This document shows positions 47,951 through 62,791 of a DNA stretch of 64,000 nucleotides, piece by piece. Source of the stretch: Felis catus (Eukaryota). Location: assembly GCF_018350175.1 (NCBI RefSeq), contig NC_058369.1, positions 10,604,001 to 10,668,000 on the forward strand, in the 5' to 3' direction. A program made the position numbers and the translations under genes. Position 1 is the stretch's first letter. Each line of letters starts with the position of its first letter. A model generated the notes under the pieces. That model searched no databases, had not been told where the DNA came from, and saw only the letters and a program-made list of their open reading frames with translations.

Positions 47951-50900
47951 CATTGCATGGATATTTAAGAACACAGACATAATACAGCAAATTGAATACT
48001 TATAATGTGATAGGAAAAGCAGTGGAGCAAATGTGAAATGCTTCTTCTTTGGGTTGAAAGCAGGTATTTGTTAACGTCTCTGCTTTTGGAAGAAAATCTT
48101 TGAACATATCAGAGGTTGTATACAAGTTTCCAGGGTTTTATGTCAATCTAGCTTGGAAGGCAATCACATCTACAAGAGCAGAGGCAACTGGAACCCTGTG
48201 TGATTAGTTTACAATAATCCACCTTCAGGACGCAATCAGTTTTTCTGCACACAGTCCAAAACATAAATGAAGTGTGAAGGTAATAGAATTGCAACTCCTG
48301 ATTTTTCCAGCCTTGATGGTGTCATTCTTGGTGGTTTCCAGGGATGCATTATCATTTTTCCTTTAATGTTTTGGTAGGCAGCAACGCTGTCCTGTGATTT
48401 CCCTCAGCACCTCCTACTCTAATAGGCTCTTCACAGATCTCACACACAATATGGCTACTCTGCCTACTGCCACCGCCATCTTTTCTAATGCTACATCCCA
48501 GAAATTAGGCAGTGTGAGCAGGATACACTCATGTGTTGTGTGAGACAGAGTTAGACGAATGTCTCCTTATCACCTGACCCCGGAAGCCCCCACTTGGATT
48601 GTCAGCCATAACGGTAATCTCCTATTACCTGGTTCACAATTTTCCAGCGAAACGTCCACACGTCCCTCCAAACACTAGTATGCAGATAACTGTTCATGGA
48701 ACTGTCTCTCAGAAGCAAAGACGAAAAGAAACAGGGAAAGCAGGAAGAAAGGAAGAAAATGAGAAGAAAGGATTAAGAAGACAGCTTACTCTTCTTAACA
48801 TTTGCCAGTTTCTATGGGATAATTGCTCTCATCTTGCCCAATATCAAGGTGTCAATTTTAGTTGACACCACAGTCTTCATGAACCATTATGAGCTAGCCA
48901 GTGCCATCATCTCAGAGCCTTTGGGTTGGGTTTGGAGGAAATGTAAAGCATTTGTTGCCATTTTACAGCCCTCCATCAGGTGTAAATGGTTCCATCAATC
49001 GAAGATCTGGGCAGTGAACATACTCAGGACTGATAGTCCGGTAGAGATTATGACCCTTCATTGTGGTGACTCAGGTCAATCTTTTCTTCATGATCATTGG
49101 AGATGGTGTTTTTTTATTTTTATTTCTTGGTTTTGGTTAGCTTATATTTTTAGTTACACAAATCGGATGTGCCCTTAGTAAGCTGCCCATTATATTTTTG
49201 CGTGGAAATGCTAAACTCTGCTAGTGCAGAGCCTGATAGGGGGTTCAAACTCACAAATTGTTAGATCATGACCTGAGCCAAAATCAAGAGTTGAATGCCT
49301 AACAGACTGAGCCACCCAGGCACCCCTGAAATTCTTTTAAAGTATGTCTCTCTTTTTTTCATCTTTTTTTTTGTGGTCAGGGTGAAATATACATAACATT
49401 TTTATTTTAAACATTTTGAAATATACTTATGGGGCCTTAAGTACTTTCCCACAGTTGAGCAACCTCTATCCACCTCCAGAACTGTCTCATATTCTCAAAA
49501 TGAACCTCTGTCTACTTGAAATATTAAGTTTGTATTGCCCCTCTGCCCAGCCCGTGTCTCCCACCACCCTACCCTCTGTCTCTAAAACTGTTCACTCTAG
49601 GTATCTCATATATGTGTAATTTTATAATATTGGTACTTTTGTGCCGGCTTTCTTTCAGTTAGCCTAATGTTTGTGAGGTTCATCCAAGTTGTAGCCTGTG
49701 CCAGAATCCACCCATTGTAAAAGCTGAATGATGTTCCACTCTATGTGTTCACCACACTTTGTTCATCCGTGAGTTTGTTGATGGACATTCAGGCTGTCTC
49801 CACATTTTGGTGACTGTGAACAAAGGTGATCATTCTATGTTTACACTTTGAGGAACTGGCACAATCTTTTCTACGGTAGCTGTGCCACCTTTCATTGGCA
49901 TCAGCAAGTGCCACCAGGTTGAAGTTTCTCCTTATCCTCACCAACAGTTATTTTTTGTTTTGGGTTTTAACAATAGACATTCTAGTACCCATTATACTAT
50001 ACTATAATCACATTGTAGGTTTGATTTGCATTCCCTAATGATTAGTCATGTTGTGCGTCTAAGTAGCCATGCCTCGATCTTCTTTGGAGAAGTGTCTATT
50101 TGAGTCCATAGTCCATGTTCTTTTTCTTTCACCATTACTTTTGTTTTTAAATTTATTTAAAAATTTTAATTCCAGTACAGTTAACATACAGTGTAATACT
50201 AGTTTCAGGTGTACAATATAGTGATTCAGCATTTCCGTACAACACCCGGTGCTCATCATGACAAGGACACTCCTTAATCCCCATCACCTACTTCACCCAT
50301 CCCCCACGCATCACCCTCTGGTAACTATCAGTTGGTTCTCTATATAGTTAAGAGTCTGTTTCTTGGTTTGCCTTTTTTCCCTTTGCTCATTTGTATTGTT
50401 TCTTGAATTCCACATGTGCGTGAACTCCTACGGTATTTGTCTTTCTCTGAATTGCTGATTTCGTTTAGTAATACTCTCTAGCTCCGTGGACCTGATGCCA
50501 AAGGCAAGATGTCATTTTTGTTTTCACTGGCTGAAAAATATTCCATCGTGTGTCTACATGTACCGTATCTTCTTTATTCATTCACATATTGGTTGACACT
50601 TGGGCTGCTGCCACCCTTTGGTTATCGCAAATGATACTACTATAAATATAGAGGTGCAAGTGTCCCTTTGAATTTTTTTTTGGTATGTTTTGGGTAATGA
50701 CCCAGTAGTGCAATTACTGGATTGTGGGGAGGCTTTATTGATGCCTTGAAGGAACCTCTATACTCTTTTCCAGAGTAGCGGCTCCAGTTTTGATTCCCAC
50801 CAACAATACCAGAGGGTTCCCTTTTTTTCCCCAAACCATTACTCACACTGGTTGTTTCTATTTTTTAAAAATTTTTAACTTTTTTTTATTATGGAAGCAT

Positions 50901-50981
50901 TGAATCCCTGTATAGTACACCAGAAACTAATATTACAATGTATATTAAGTAACTGGGATTTAAATAAAAGGATTTCGTTAA

Positions 50982-51011
50982 AATTTTTTTTTAATGTTTA
51001 TTTCTTTTTGA

Positions 51012-51067
<56 letters not shown>

Positions 51068-51223
51068 GGGGAAGGGACAGGGAGGAAGACCCAGAATCTG
51101 AAGTAGGCTCCAGGCTCCAAGATGACAGCACAGAGCCTGATGCGGGGCTCGAACTCACAAACCATGAGATCATGACCGGAGCCGAAGTTGGACACTTAAC
51201 TGACTGAGCCATTCAGGCACCCC
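50982..51223 (-). mobile_element. Can-SINE with long (GA)n
   Basis: TSD core aaaaggatt at 50966 and 51224. Confidence 0.92.
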
Positions 51224-53558
51224 AAAAGGATTGGCTTTTTAAAATTGAATTGTTTGGGTTTTTTTGCTGTGGAATTTTTGAAAATATTTACATATTTGGG
51301 ATATTAATCTGTTACCAGGTATGTGCTTTGTCAATCTTTTTTCCGTTTTGTTGGTTGCCTTTTTACTGTGTGCCCTTTCATGCACAAAAATTTTAATTCT
51401 GCCAAAATAATTGCTTCTCTAATTGCCTGTGTGTTTGGTGTTCTAAGCAGGAAATCTTTGTCCAATCTAGTGTCATAAAGATGTACCTCTGTATTTTCTT
51501 TTAAGTGCCTATAGGTATATTTCTTATGCTTCAGCCTGTGATCCATGTCGAGTCATGTTGGTAGATGGTGGACAGAAGGATTAGCTTCATCTTTTTGCAT
51601 GGGGATACCCAGGTTTTCCATCACCATGACTTGAAAAGGCTGTCTATTTACTACTGAACTGTCCTGGCACTCTTAGCAAAAATCATTCAATCATCATATT
51701 TGAGTTTATTTCAGGGGCCCCTCGTTTTCCATTGAGTTATATTTCTGTTTTTGTCACTGTTGTTGAAAACAGACCAGTTTGAAATTATAATGTGGTAAAT
51801 CTGAAAACCATATTTTCTCCCTTCCCTGGGCATTATTTATATTGAGGTATAATTTACAAGTGTTGTATTAATTTGACATGTACAATGTAATGCTTAACAA
51901 TTCTATACACTGTTCAGTGCTCATGGACATCAGCGTATTCTTAATACCTTCATCTATCTCACCCATCCCCACCCACATTCCCTCTTGCAACCACCTGTTT
52001 GTTTTCTGTGTTAAAGAGTCTGTGTTTATGTCTGTCTTTTCTTGTTTGGTCCTTTCTTTTAATTCTTATAGTCCACATATGAGTGACATCAAATGGTATT
52101 TGTCTTTCTCTGGCTGGCTCATTTCACTCGGCACTCTGTCTTCTAGGTCCATCCAATTGCATTCTTACATAATACTTTATTATATCTTTTCACCTTTTAA
52201 AAGTGTCCATTCCTTCCCTATTTTTCCATCTACATTTTTTTTTGACTATTGTCATATCAAGAGTCTGTGTCTAACCTGATTGTATGGTGAGTTTTCCACA
52301 GGGAGAACTTGATCCTCGACATCTCATCATGAAATCTGCACTGAAACTCCACTATTTTCATAAGTATGTGTCAAACCTGTAGCAAAAGTACAAGCATCTC
52401 TGCTCTCTGCAGGCTAACTGCTCAGGGTCATGTTTGAATTGTCATACTTGCCCCCTGATTATTGGCCAGCAAGTATGAAGTATTTCCCACATTGGCTGCC
52501 CAGATACTTCCTCTTGGAGTGCCTTATCCCTTTCTCCCTCATCAAGAGTTGGGACAAAGAGAAGCTTGTTTGTGCGGACTTCACTCAACTCTTCTGGAAA
52601 AGTTGACTAGGGTTGTATCCTTTTTCTCATGTGTCAGTGCCCCTTCAGGGTAGTTCATTCATGTATGTTTTATTTTATTTTCAAATTTATATTTTAGGTG
52701 GTTAACATAGAGTGCAATACTGGTTTCAGGAGGAGAATTCAGTAATTCATCACTTCCATACAGCACCGGGTGCTCATTGAAAGTGCTCTCCTTAACTCAA
52801 CACTCATCTAGCCCATCTTCCTCCCACCTTCCTCCATCTGACTATTGTTGTCTCTTGTGGTCTCTTTCCCTTTCTCCTCCTTCCCCCTTCACACACATTC
52901 ATTTGTTTTGTTAATTCAATTCCAATATGAGCGAAATCATGTGGTAGTTGTCTTTCTCGGATTCTTATCTCTGTTCGCATAATACATTCGACCTCCATCC
53001 ACGTCACTGCAAATGGCAAATTTGCATTTATTTTTTATGTTTCTTGTCCTGTTGAGACTGTGAGCTCCTCAATAGAAGGGACCCTTCTTACACTTGTCTT
53101 CCTCCTACCACTTTGCTTAGTGCCTACTGCCCCACAGCTGCTAATGCGCGGTTGAGAGGATGCCCAAAAGCAAATGGTCAAGTGATGTTAAAAAGATATT
53201 GCCCACATTGAAGGAGAATGAGAAACAGGAAGAAAAGAGAAGCACTGCGGGGCCTGGGGGTTCCATGATTGTGAGCTAACAGAAGGGGTACAGATGGGAG
53301 AAAGAAGAGATTTAGGATACACAGAATTCTTCAAAACCAAAATTGGATAGTTACTACAGTGGCTATGGCTTATTAATGAGAACCTCTAAAGACAGAGCAC
53401 CTCCTTCTGGGATAAGAGAGTTAAAATGGGATAAGAGACAATCTGGGAATGCCAAGTCTGTGTCCCCATACCAACAATGGGATAAGTTTGCATTCTTCTT
53501 TTCTCTCCTAGAGCTAGAGACCCAAGTCTTATAAAGGGAAGAGAGACAAAAGAATATC

Positions 53559-53579
53559 TCATTAATGAGACTCATGGGA
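53559..53579 (+). promoter_or_regulatory. Candidate OR promoter homeodomain + O/E motif (copy D)
   Basis: TCATTAATGA G ACTCATGGGA. Confidence 0.65.
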
Positions 53580-56500
53580 ATTCATTCCCTACAGCTACAG
53601 AAATTAAAATGCCTTTGCTGCACCCATGAAGTCAACTCTTGTAACCTCAGGTGATATGAACACATAGCTGTGTCCTCCAGAACCTTCATGAGTGGGGCCA
53701 TGTCTTTTCCCTTCCTAAGGATATAACTTCCAACCACATCACTCATCCATGGGAGAGACTGGGTCATTGATCTCCTGCTGTTCTGTGCTAACATCTGGGT
53801 GAGCCTTGGCCTCTTCAGAAGTCCTGGGGAAATGAGTTATGATGGGAGAGTCCCCTTGTATCAGTAGTTATTTTGGGGGCCTCAACAGGGACAATAAATT
53901 AAGAAGAGTTTAGTAATATCAAGCCCTGCTCATGAGGCTTTGATTATGGAGGGTAACTCTGGATACACCAAACCATTTCTCCCTGATCTGTCTCCTCCAA
54001 GGTTAGTGCTTTATCAGTGGGCCTTCATCTCTCAGCAGTCTTTCCTCTGTTTTTATTGCTGCTTCTTCCATTGTTGGGAGTGACTATTGTTATTGAAACA
54101 GTGGTTAATAGCAGTCATTCAAGAAACATTTTTTCAGAAACTTATGTATGGTAGACAGTACCATGTATTCTGGGACTAAATAAATGACTACAACAGTATT
54201 TCTTTTCTCAAGATACTCACTGTAGAAACAGAATGAGAGATGTAAAAATAAATTAATGTTATAATATGAAATTGCATTGAAATCTGGGGAAGCAGATCCC
54301 CCAAAGTTGACTATTTATTTTATTCTTAATTGTTTTCAAAAAGAGGACTCTTTCATGGGAGTCAGTGAACACTTCATAGACAAGCTTATAGGTACTTAGC
54401 CTTGACGTTAGTGTTGGGGTCCTTCCAAGGGACAAGGGAGGTGAGAAGTCCAGGGAGAAACAGCAGAGGGGGAAATTTAGAGATGAAGTAAAGCGGAAGT
54501 TGTGTTGCTGTTATTAGAAATACTCCTTACTGTCTCACCAACAATCAGGAGCAGGGTCTACAATCTGCAAAATGAACCCATAGAAGCCTGGCTGGGTAGG
54601 CATCAGTCAGATGACCAAAGAAATGTATGTTTTGGCTGGAGGGTTGAAATTTAACTCTGAAATTAGTAAAGAGTATGTGCAGGCCTTATGTCAGGGGATT
54701 AACTATGAACAGGTACTCTCCATGTAAAAATGGCCCAGTATTGTGAGGAAAAAATTATTGCTGCATTCAGGGTGTGAGAAGCATATTTAGAGATACAAAT
54801 GGCACCATGAGTGTGAGAGGGGAGGCAAGACGGGTCTCTGAGGGGGTGGCAATCGTGGATACAAAACCTCAGATGGATTTTTTTTATTCATTCTTAAATG
54901 TTTACTAGAAACAATGCCAGATATCTATAGTCATCAAGTTATTGAAATGTTTCCCAAACTATTTCTGTGGTATCATTATTTTATTTTATTGATGGAAAGC
55001 GACAGCAGTGATACTGCTTAGACACAGCAAATAATGGAGCCTGGAGCTCTTCACGCTCAGAGCTCAGTGCTTCCAAAGCTTTGCATTTCATTAATAACTC
55101 TCATTTTTTATCCCCTTTAATATTTTAACAGTTGTACATTTACAGAAACGATTTGCTGTGATAGATCAGGGAGTTATCATAAGCTCCCTCCCCAGTGTCT
55201 GCTGTTTTGATCACAGCCTATCTCTTCCACATGTTAGTTTCAATTCTCTTATCTCCTGAGCCTCCACACATAGTGACTGTGTCTCAGGCTTGCTTTATGA
55301 TTGAAGTGATTGATAGTTCTGAGGACTACTGGTCAGGTGTTCTGTAAAATAATCTCCTTTTGGACACACCTTATTATTCTCTTTTTCCTGACTATACTGG
55401 GACTGTGGAATTTGGACCGGAAGACCAGAGAGGGAAACTGCCATGTTCATCTCGTGGCATCAAAGGTGCACACTGTCAACATGACTATTTCTCATTGGGG
55501 TTGCTATTGATGCCGGCTGTGACAGGGTTTGTCAGATTTCTCTTTGTCCTTTCTTTCCATACTGTCCTCCTGTAGTGACTTTCTATGCAGCCCCATCTTA
55601 AAGTAGGGTGAGTTATCTCACACACCTCCTTAAGAGTAGAATATTTCTGTAAATCATTGGTTTTCTTCTGCACTTGATATTGTGGCTTCCATATTTATTT
55701 TTCAAGTATTTACATTATATGCCCTGGGTTATAACTCAATACTACTTTATTTTGGTGCTCTAATTGGCCTTACTTTGCACTGGGGAGCTTCTTCAGTTAG
55801 CTGACATGTCCCTATCATTCTTGACTATTGGGGGTAGCAGTCTTACAGGAAAAGGTGCTTCAACTTGAGCTTACTGTATTTTCCTCTGAGCCCTACAAGC
55901 AGTCATTTCTGCGAGGAGCCCTGTTTTATTTTATTGGATCATGGGATGAGATTCAAGATCTTGGTGTCTGGTGGCTTATTGCTACCAGGGTCTCTATATG
56001 TCCTCAATTGACCTGGCAAGGACACAGGAGTGCTTACTACTCTGTGTATATGCAGACATCCATACATGAGTCTATATGTAACCCTCTGTATTTTTATATA
56101 AGCTAAAGCAAGTTCATACTGATGGCACCAACTCTAATCACCAAAGGATTATAAGAGCTATACCACCTTGCTTACATGTAAAATACCACATCACATGTGA
56201 TACCTCATTCCCACCATTTACTCTCCATTTCCTTACATGCTCAACTTCAGTTAACATGTGCAGTTAACATCGTTAACAATACCCCACGGGATGCATTTTA
56301 TCAAGTGTAGAGCAGTGCTTCTGTGCAATTTCTTTTATGTCCGGTTTTATGGTCTTTTCTTTTTCCCCAGATCTTGTTTTTCTGCACTTCTTTTTGCCCT
56401 CCTGTTTCACTGAGATTGTCTCATACAATTGTAATAGAGTTAGATTGTTTATTTTCCACATGATCCACTCCATTCTAGGATTCCATCAGCCACCTGAGTT

Positions 56501-57470
56501 TTATGTTTGCTTTGATTACACTCTGCAAAAGTGCTGAATTCGTTTATTACTCCAACAGTTTTTCTTGTTTTGAATGCTATCTTTTTTTAAAAAATAAGAT
56601 CACCTTCTTTGTGAAGAGAAATCATATTACATCTTCCATTCTAATTTTGATGCCTTTTGTTTCCTTTTACTTTTCTTTCTTTTTTTGCTTAGTTGCTCTG
56701 TCTGGAACATGCAATGCCATGTTGCATAAAAGGTATGAAACAGACATGCTTCTCTTGCCTTATCTTAGCGGTTGCTCTCGTGTTTCACTGTTGAGAAGGA
56801 TTTTAGAGGTGGGTTTTCATATATGACCTATTTCGTGTTGTGGAACTATCCTTCTGTTCAGTTTCCAGACTGTTATTACTATCAAGGTATGCACCATTTT
56901 GTCACGTTTTATTTACCATATGTTGAGATAATCATATGCTTTTATCCTTTTTTTTGTCAACCTGTCGTATTACACCAAGGGAGATTTATTAGTTAAACCA
57001 TCCTTGCCTTCCAGGAATAAATCCCACTTGGTCAGGATGCATAATCTTTTTCTACATCATGATCAAAGGCTGCTATGCTTGAATTAGTACTATTTAGTCG
57101 AAGATTTTCACATAAATATTCTTTGGGAATATCATTTTGTACTTTTCTTTTCTTGCAGTGCCTCTTCTTGGCTTTGGTACAGTGCAGTGGTGGCCTGAAC
57201 AATTAAAGTAGGAAGTGCTTCCCATTTGAATTTTTTGGAAGCAGTTGAGAAAGATTAATGGTAATTCTTCTAATTCTGGGTGGTTCTCGTGATTCGTAGC
57301 CGTGACTACTCTACTGGAATGGCTACAACAAAATGCAGTTCTCATCAGAGAAAGAAACTCTTTGACTAATGGCGTAGCCTGTCCCATGATTTCTAAAAAG
57401 TTGTGCTTCAGCTGCAAGAGTATACGGTACCACAATAATGGAGAACTCTCTCTCTGTTGCTTTCCCTACC

Positions 57471-57516
<46 letters not shown>

Positions 57517-58520
57517 ACAAAGAGAATTTATTAGTGAAGTACACACATATTAAGCATTTGTAGCAAGCTGAAGCTGTCTTATGAGGTAAAAACTACAGAA
57601 ATTACACCAACTGGAGACCTAGAGTAAAGGTAGAGAGAAAGACAGAGAATTATGGAGGAATGAATTATGTTCCATTAGTATACATTACATAAAATGTATC
57701 GTGTTGTAGACAGACATTATATATAACATATAAATATAAAAACGACACTGAACGGTAGTGTCCACTGCCTTAGAATGTTTCTAAAGATGCAGGAGGCCTT
57801 GAGCTCTTCTCTCTTGTTTGCATCCAACACGTGCTCCCATTGTGTTACCTGCTCTGCTCACAACTTTTTCTTTGATGTTGCCTGATGGTTTCAGGTGAGC
57901 TCTTGACTGAAGGCCTTTGCATATTCGATTTCTCTGGCTTAACTGGTTTTCTCAAAGTAATTGGGAAGGTTCATATATCCCTTAGTTTTCTAGGTCAGAA
58001 ACCCCTGATCGACTTGACACATTGGCAAGTTTCCCTTCTACTTAGACTAATTTTTCCTGAATTATTTTACTTATTAGTTGTAACCACCACTTAAAACATC
58101 ATTTGTTCATTTATTAATATTCTATTCCTCCCTCTTCACACACATAAACATCTAAGACTCAGTGTTGTTAAGGGCAAACACCCATCACTACTTTTTGTAA
58201 TGCTTTCAACATTACTTGTTACAAGATATTTTTGTTAAATTTTGTTGGGGGAAAAAAAAGATCTCAGGAAATTTATGGAGAACATTGCTCTGAAATTGTT
58301 TTGATTCAGAACAAGAATTGTGAACAGTTTCAGACTCATGGAAAACATGGAGCATTTGAGAGTCCCTGAAATTTTCTGGTACATATTCTAGATTGGTAGG
58401 GAATGTGTAAGAATTAATGAGTGAAGTGTGTTGAAAACGAAGCATTTCTTTCAATACTGTGATCACTGCTGGTGTCTTTACAATGTTCTTGTCTCTGTTC
58501 CAGCTGTTTTCATCAGTTAC

Positions 58521-59480
58521 ATGGAAGAAAGAAATCAAACCTGTGTCACACAATTTATTCTCCTGGGACTCTCAGATGAGGGGGGGCTGCAGTCACTTCT
58601 CTTTTGGGTGTTCCTGTCCATGTACCTGGTCACCTTCACTGGGAACCTACTCATGATCCTGGCCATTATCACGGACTCCCGCCTCCACACGCCCATGTAC
58701 TTCTTCCTCTCCAACCTGTCCTTTTCAGACATCTGTTTCACCTCCACCACCGTCCCAAAGATGCTGCTGAACATCCAGACGCAGAGCAAAGTGATCACCT
58801 ATGAAGGCTGCCTCAGCCAGATGTACTTTTTCATGCTTTTTGGAGTATTAGATAACATACTCTTGACAGTGATGGCCTATGACCGGTTTGTGGCCATCTG
58901 TCAGCCACTGCACTACATGGTCATCATGAACCCCAAGTTCTGTGGCATCCTGCTCCTGGTATGCTGGTTATTGGGTGTTTTTTACTCTCTATTACTTGAC
59001 TTACTGATTTTGCGACTCTCCTTTTGCACAGAGCTGGAAATCCTTCACTTTTTCTGTGAACTTAAGCAGGTGATCCAACTTGCTTACTCTGATACGTTCC
59101 TCAATGACCTGGTGATGTATTTGTCAAGTGGACTTCTGGGTGTTGTTCCACTCACTGGCATCCTTTCTTCTTACTCTAGAATTGTCACTTCCATTTTGAG
59201 AATTTCATCAGTGAGGGGCAAGTATAAAGCATTTTCCACGTGTGGGTCTCACCTCTCAGTGGTCTCTTTGTTCTATGGCACATGCCTTGGGGTGTATCTG
59301 AGTTCTGCTGCTGCACAAAACTCCAGGGCAAGTGCCATAGCCTCAGTCATGTACACGGTGGTGACGCCCATGTTGAACCCCTTCATCTATGGTCTCAGGA
59401 ACAGAGACATCAAGCAAGCCCTGAGAAATCTCTTTAGCCGAAGACATTGTCTGCATATAGGATTCTTTGTTTCAAGATAA
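58521..59480 (+). CDS. Olfactory receptor family 7 (OR7A/OR7C-like), 319 aa, open but possibly impaired (copy D)
   Basis: ATG 58521 (MEERNQT), with a full 7TM reading frame. Carries H128Q, C189Y (LAYSDT) and a 1-nt deletion near 59443 that changes the C-tail. Confidence 0.88.
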   Translation: MEERNQTCVTQFILLGLSDEGGLQSLLFWVFLSMYLVTFTGNLLMILAIITDSRLHTPMYFFLSNLSFSDICFTSTTVPKMLLNIQTQSKVITYEGCLSQMYFFMLFGVLDNILLTVMAYDRFVAICQPLHYMVIMNPKFCGILLLVCWLLGVFYSLLLDLLILRLSFCTELEILHFFCELKQVIQLAYSDTFLNDLVMYLSSGLLGVVPLTGILSSYSRIVTSILRISSVRGKYKAFSTCGSHLSVVSLFYGTCLGVYLSSAAAQNSRASAIASVMYTVVTPMLNPFIYGLRNRDIKQALRNLFSRRHCLHIGFFVSR

Positions 59481-59629
59481 AGACTTGAGTAACAGGGCTT
59501 AAAACCCTAGAAGACCTAGATCATGATATTTGTATCAGTTCAGAAGCTGACAGTCTGCAGTTTATCTTTCTACAGTATTCGGTTGCTAGAAATTTTTCAT
59601 ACTTTATGCACAAGTATTTCTTCGGTAGT

Positions 59630-60072
59630 TTTTAAGGCATTTATTTTGAGAGAGAGGGTAAGAGCAAGTGGTGAGAGTCAGAGAGATTGAGGGAATATCA
59701 CAAGCCATGTCCATGCTATCAGCACAGAGCCTGAAGTGGGGCTCAATGTCAGAAAATTTGAGATCATGACTTGGACCAAAATCAAGAGTGGGGCGCCTAT
59801 TGGTTCAGTCATCCAGACACCCCTCTTCTGTATTTCTCTAAAACTGTTTAGGCCTCTCATTAAACTTCATCCCATGGAGTCTTAATTTTTTTAATGTTTA
59901 TTTATTTTTTGAGGGATGGGGGAGTAGGGGCAGAGAGAGAGAGGAAGACACAGAATCAGAAGCAGTCTCCAGGCTCTGAGCTGTCAGCACACAGCACAAT
60001 GCAGGCTCAAACCCATGAATTACAAGATCATGACCTGAGGCAAAGTTGGATGGTCAACCAACTGAGCCATCC
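59630..60072 (-). mobile_element. Two Can-SINEs 3' of OR D
   Basis: Paralogous to 26290-26740. Confidence 0.85.
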
Positions 60073-61802
60073 TAGTTTGCGATATTTAAGATTGCCATAT
60101 TTAAGAACATATACCTAATATAGCAAATTGAGTACTTTTAATGTGATAGGAGGAGCTACTGAAGTCAATGTGAAATGCTTTGCTATGGGTTTAAAGCACT
60201 ATCTTTATAGTATATATTCATATATATACAGATATATTAGATTATCTCCTTTTGGAGGAAAACCATTGAACATATCAGAATTGATAGATGAGTTTCCAGG
60301 GCTTCATGTCAATCCACCTTGGAAGGAGATCACATCTGCAAGAGCAGAGGCCCCTGGAACCCTCTGTGATTAGTTTGCAATAATCCATCTTTGCTATGCA
60401 ATCTTCAGTTTCCCCTCACACAGTCCTAAATATAAATGAGGTGTGAAGATAATAGAAATGGCAACTGCTGATGTTTCAGGCCTTGATGGTGTCATTCTTG
60501 GTGATTTTCCCAGGGATGCATTATCATTTTTCCTTTAATGTTTTGGTAGGCAGCAACGCTGTCCTGTGATTTCCCTCAGCACCTCCTACCGTGATAGGCT
60601 CTTCACAGATCTCACACACAATATGGCTACTCTGCCTATTGCCACCGCCATCTTTTCTAATGCTGCATCCCCGAAATTAGGCAGTGTGAGCAGGATACAC
60701 TCAAGGACCTAACCTGTGTTGTGTGAGACAGACTAAGACAAATGTCTCCTTATCACCTGACCCCAGAAGCCCCCACTGGGATTGTCAGCCATAATGGTAA
60801 TCTCCTATTACCTGATTCACAGTTTTCCAGCTAAAGGTCCACAGGTCCTTTCAAACACTAGTATGCAGATAAATGTTCATGGAACTATCTCTCAGAAGCA
60901 AAGACAAAAAGAAACAGAAAGCAAGAAGAAAGGTGGAAAATAAGAACAAAAGATTAAGAAGAGAGCTTACTTGTAGCATTTGCCAGTTTCCACGGTATCA
61001 TTACTCTCATTTTGCCCAATAGCAAGGTGCCAATTTTAGTTTAGACCACAGTCCTCATGAATGATTATAAGCTAGCCTGTGCTATCACCTCAGAGCCTTT
61101 GGGTTGGGTTTGGAGGAAAATGTAAAGCAATTGTTGCCATTTTACAGCCTTCCACCAGGTGTAAATGGTTACACCAATTGAGGATCTGGGCCGGTGGACA
61201 GTCTCAGGACCAATAGGTAGAGATTATGACCCTTTATTGTGGTGACTCTGGTCAATCTTTTCCTCATGATCATTGGAGGTGGGTTTTTTATTTTTTTGTT
61301 TTGTTTTTGTTTTATTTATTTTTCTACTTACACAAATCGATGGGCCCTTAGTAAACTGCTCATCATTTTTGTTTCTTGGAGACACCATGATGAGTTTTCC
61401 TTTTGCAAAAATCCATGTGGTTCCCCCAATGTTGATGAGAGTGGTTAATTCTTACACACTATGAATAACAAACCTAGAATCATTTTGGACTGCTGACATG
61501 GCCTCTGGCAATTTAGGAGGGGCTGAACTCAGGACAAAGGCATTTAAATTTCAGCATGTCCATGGTAAGTCTATCACATGAGGGAGAAGCTCTGTAGAGC
61601 TTGTCAAGGAAGACATTATAGCCCTCCCCAAGCTATTTCTCAATGACCTTATGAATTTCATGTCCTCTGATTCCTTAGTTTGAGTGTACTTTGTGGTTGA
61701 GGTATTGAATCTCACAAGATAAACCCATCACCATGCACTTGTCTCCTTGTACTTTGGATTCCTTTCTCTATATCACATTAAGCCTTTATGGAACTGAAAT
61801 TC

Positions 61803-62011
61803 TTTTTTTTTTTAAGTTCATTTATTTACTTTGAGAGAGAAAAAGAGTAAGTTTGGGAGGTGCAGAGAGAGGGATAGAGAGAAAATCCCAAGCAGACTTC
61901 ACTCTACCAGCACAGAGCCCAGTGTGGGTCTCGAAGTCACAAATTGTTACATCATGACCTGAGTCAAAATCTAGAGTTGGATGCCTAACTGACTGAGCCA
62001 CCCAGACCCCC
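61803..62011 (-). mobile_element. Can-SINE
   Basis: Paralogous to 28420-28625. Confidence 0.87.
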
Positions 62012-62589
62012 ATGAAGTTCTTGTCAAATATGTCACTCTTTTTTTCATCCTTGTTTTCTCAGGGGAAAATACATATAAATAGTAAACATTAAACGTTAAA
62101 CATTTTGAAATATACTTCTGTGTCATTAAGTGCTTTCTCACTGTTGAGCAACCACCACCTCTATCAATCTCCAGAACGTCCTCATTGTCTCAAACTGAAC
62201 TTCTGTCTCCTTGAAATACTAAATTCGTATTGCCCCTCTGCCCAACCCCTGTGTCCCACCATCTTACCTTCTCTTCAGGTTTACCTAAAGAGATTACCCT
62301 AGGTATCTCATATACATGTAATTGTATAATATTGGTCTGTTTGTGCCGGCTTGTTTCAGGTAGCATAATATTTGTAAGATTCACCCAAGTTATAGCTTGT
62401 GTCAGAATCCCATTCATGTTAAAGGCTGAATGATGTTCTACTGTATGAGTTCACCACACTTTGTTCATCCGTGAGTTTTTTGATGGACATTTGGGTTGTC
62501 TCCACATTTTGGATACTGTGAATAAAGGTGTTTTGAAAATTGGTGTACAAAAATCTGTTCTAGTCACTGCTCTAAATTCTATTGGGACA

Positions 62590-62791
62590 GAGGACCCTGG
62601 GTGGCTCAGTTGGTTGAGCCTTCAGCTCAGGCCATGATCTCATGGTTTGTGGGTTTGAGCCTTGGGTCGGGTTCTGTGCTGACAGCTCAGAGCCTGGAGC
62701 CTGTTTCAGATTCCGGGTCTTGCTCTCTCTCCCCTGCTCATGTCTGTCTCTCTAAAAAAACATTAAAAAATTAAAAATAAATAAAAATAAA
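62590..62791 (+). mobile_element. Can-SINE, paralogue of 431-654
   Basis: Same site, same orientation, and shared idiosyncratic body and tail. Confidence 0.9.
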
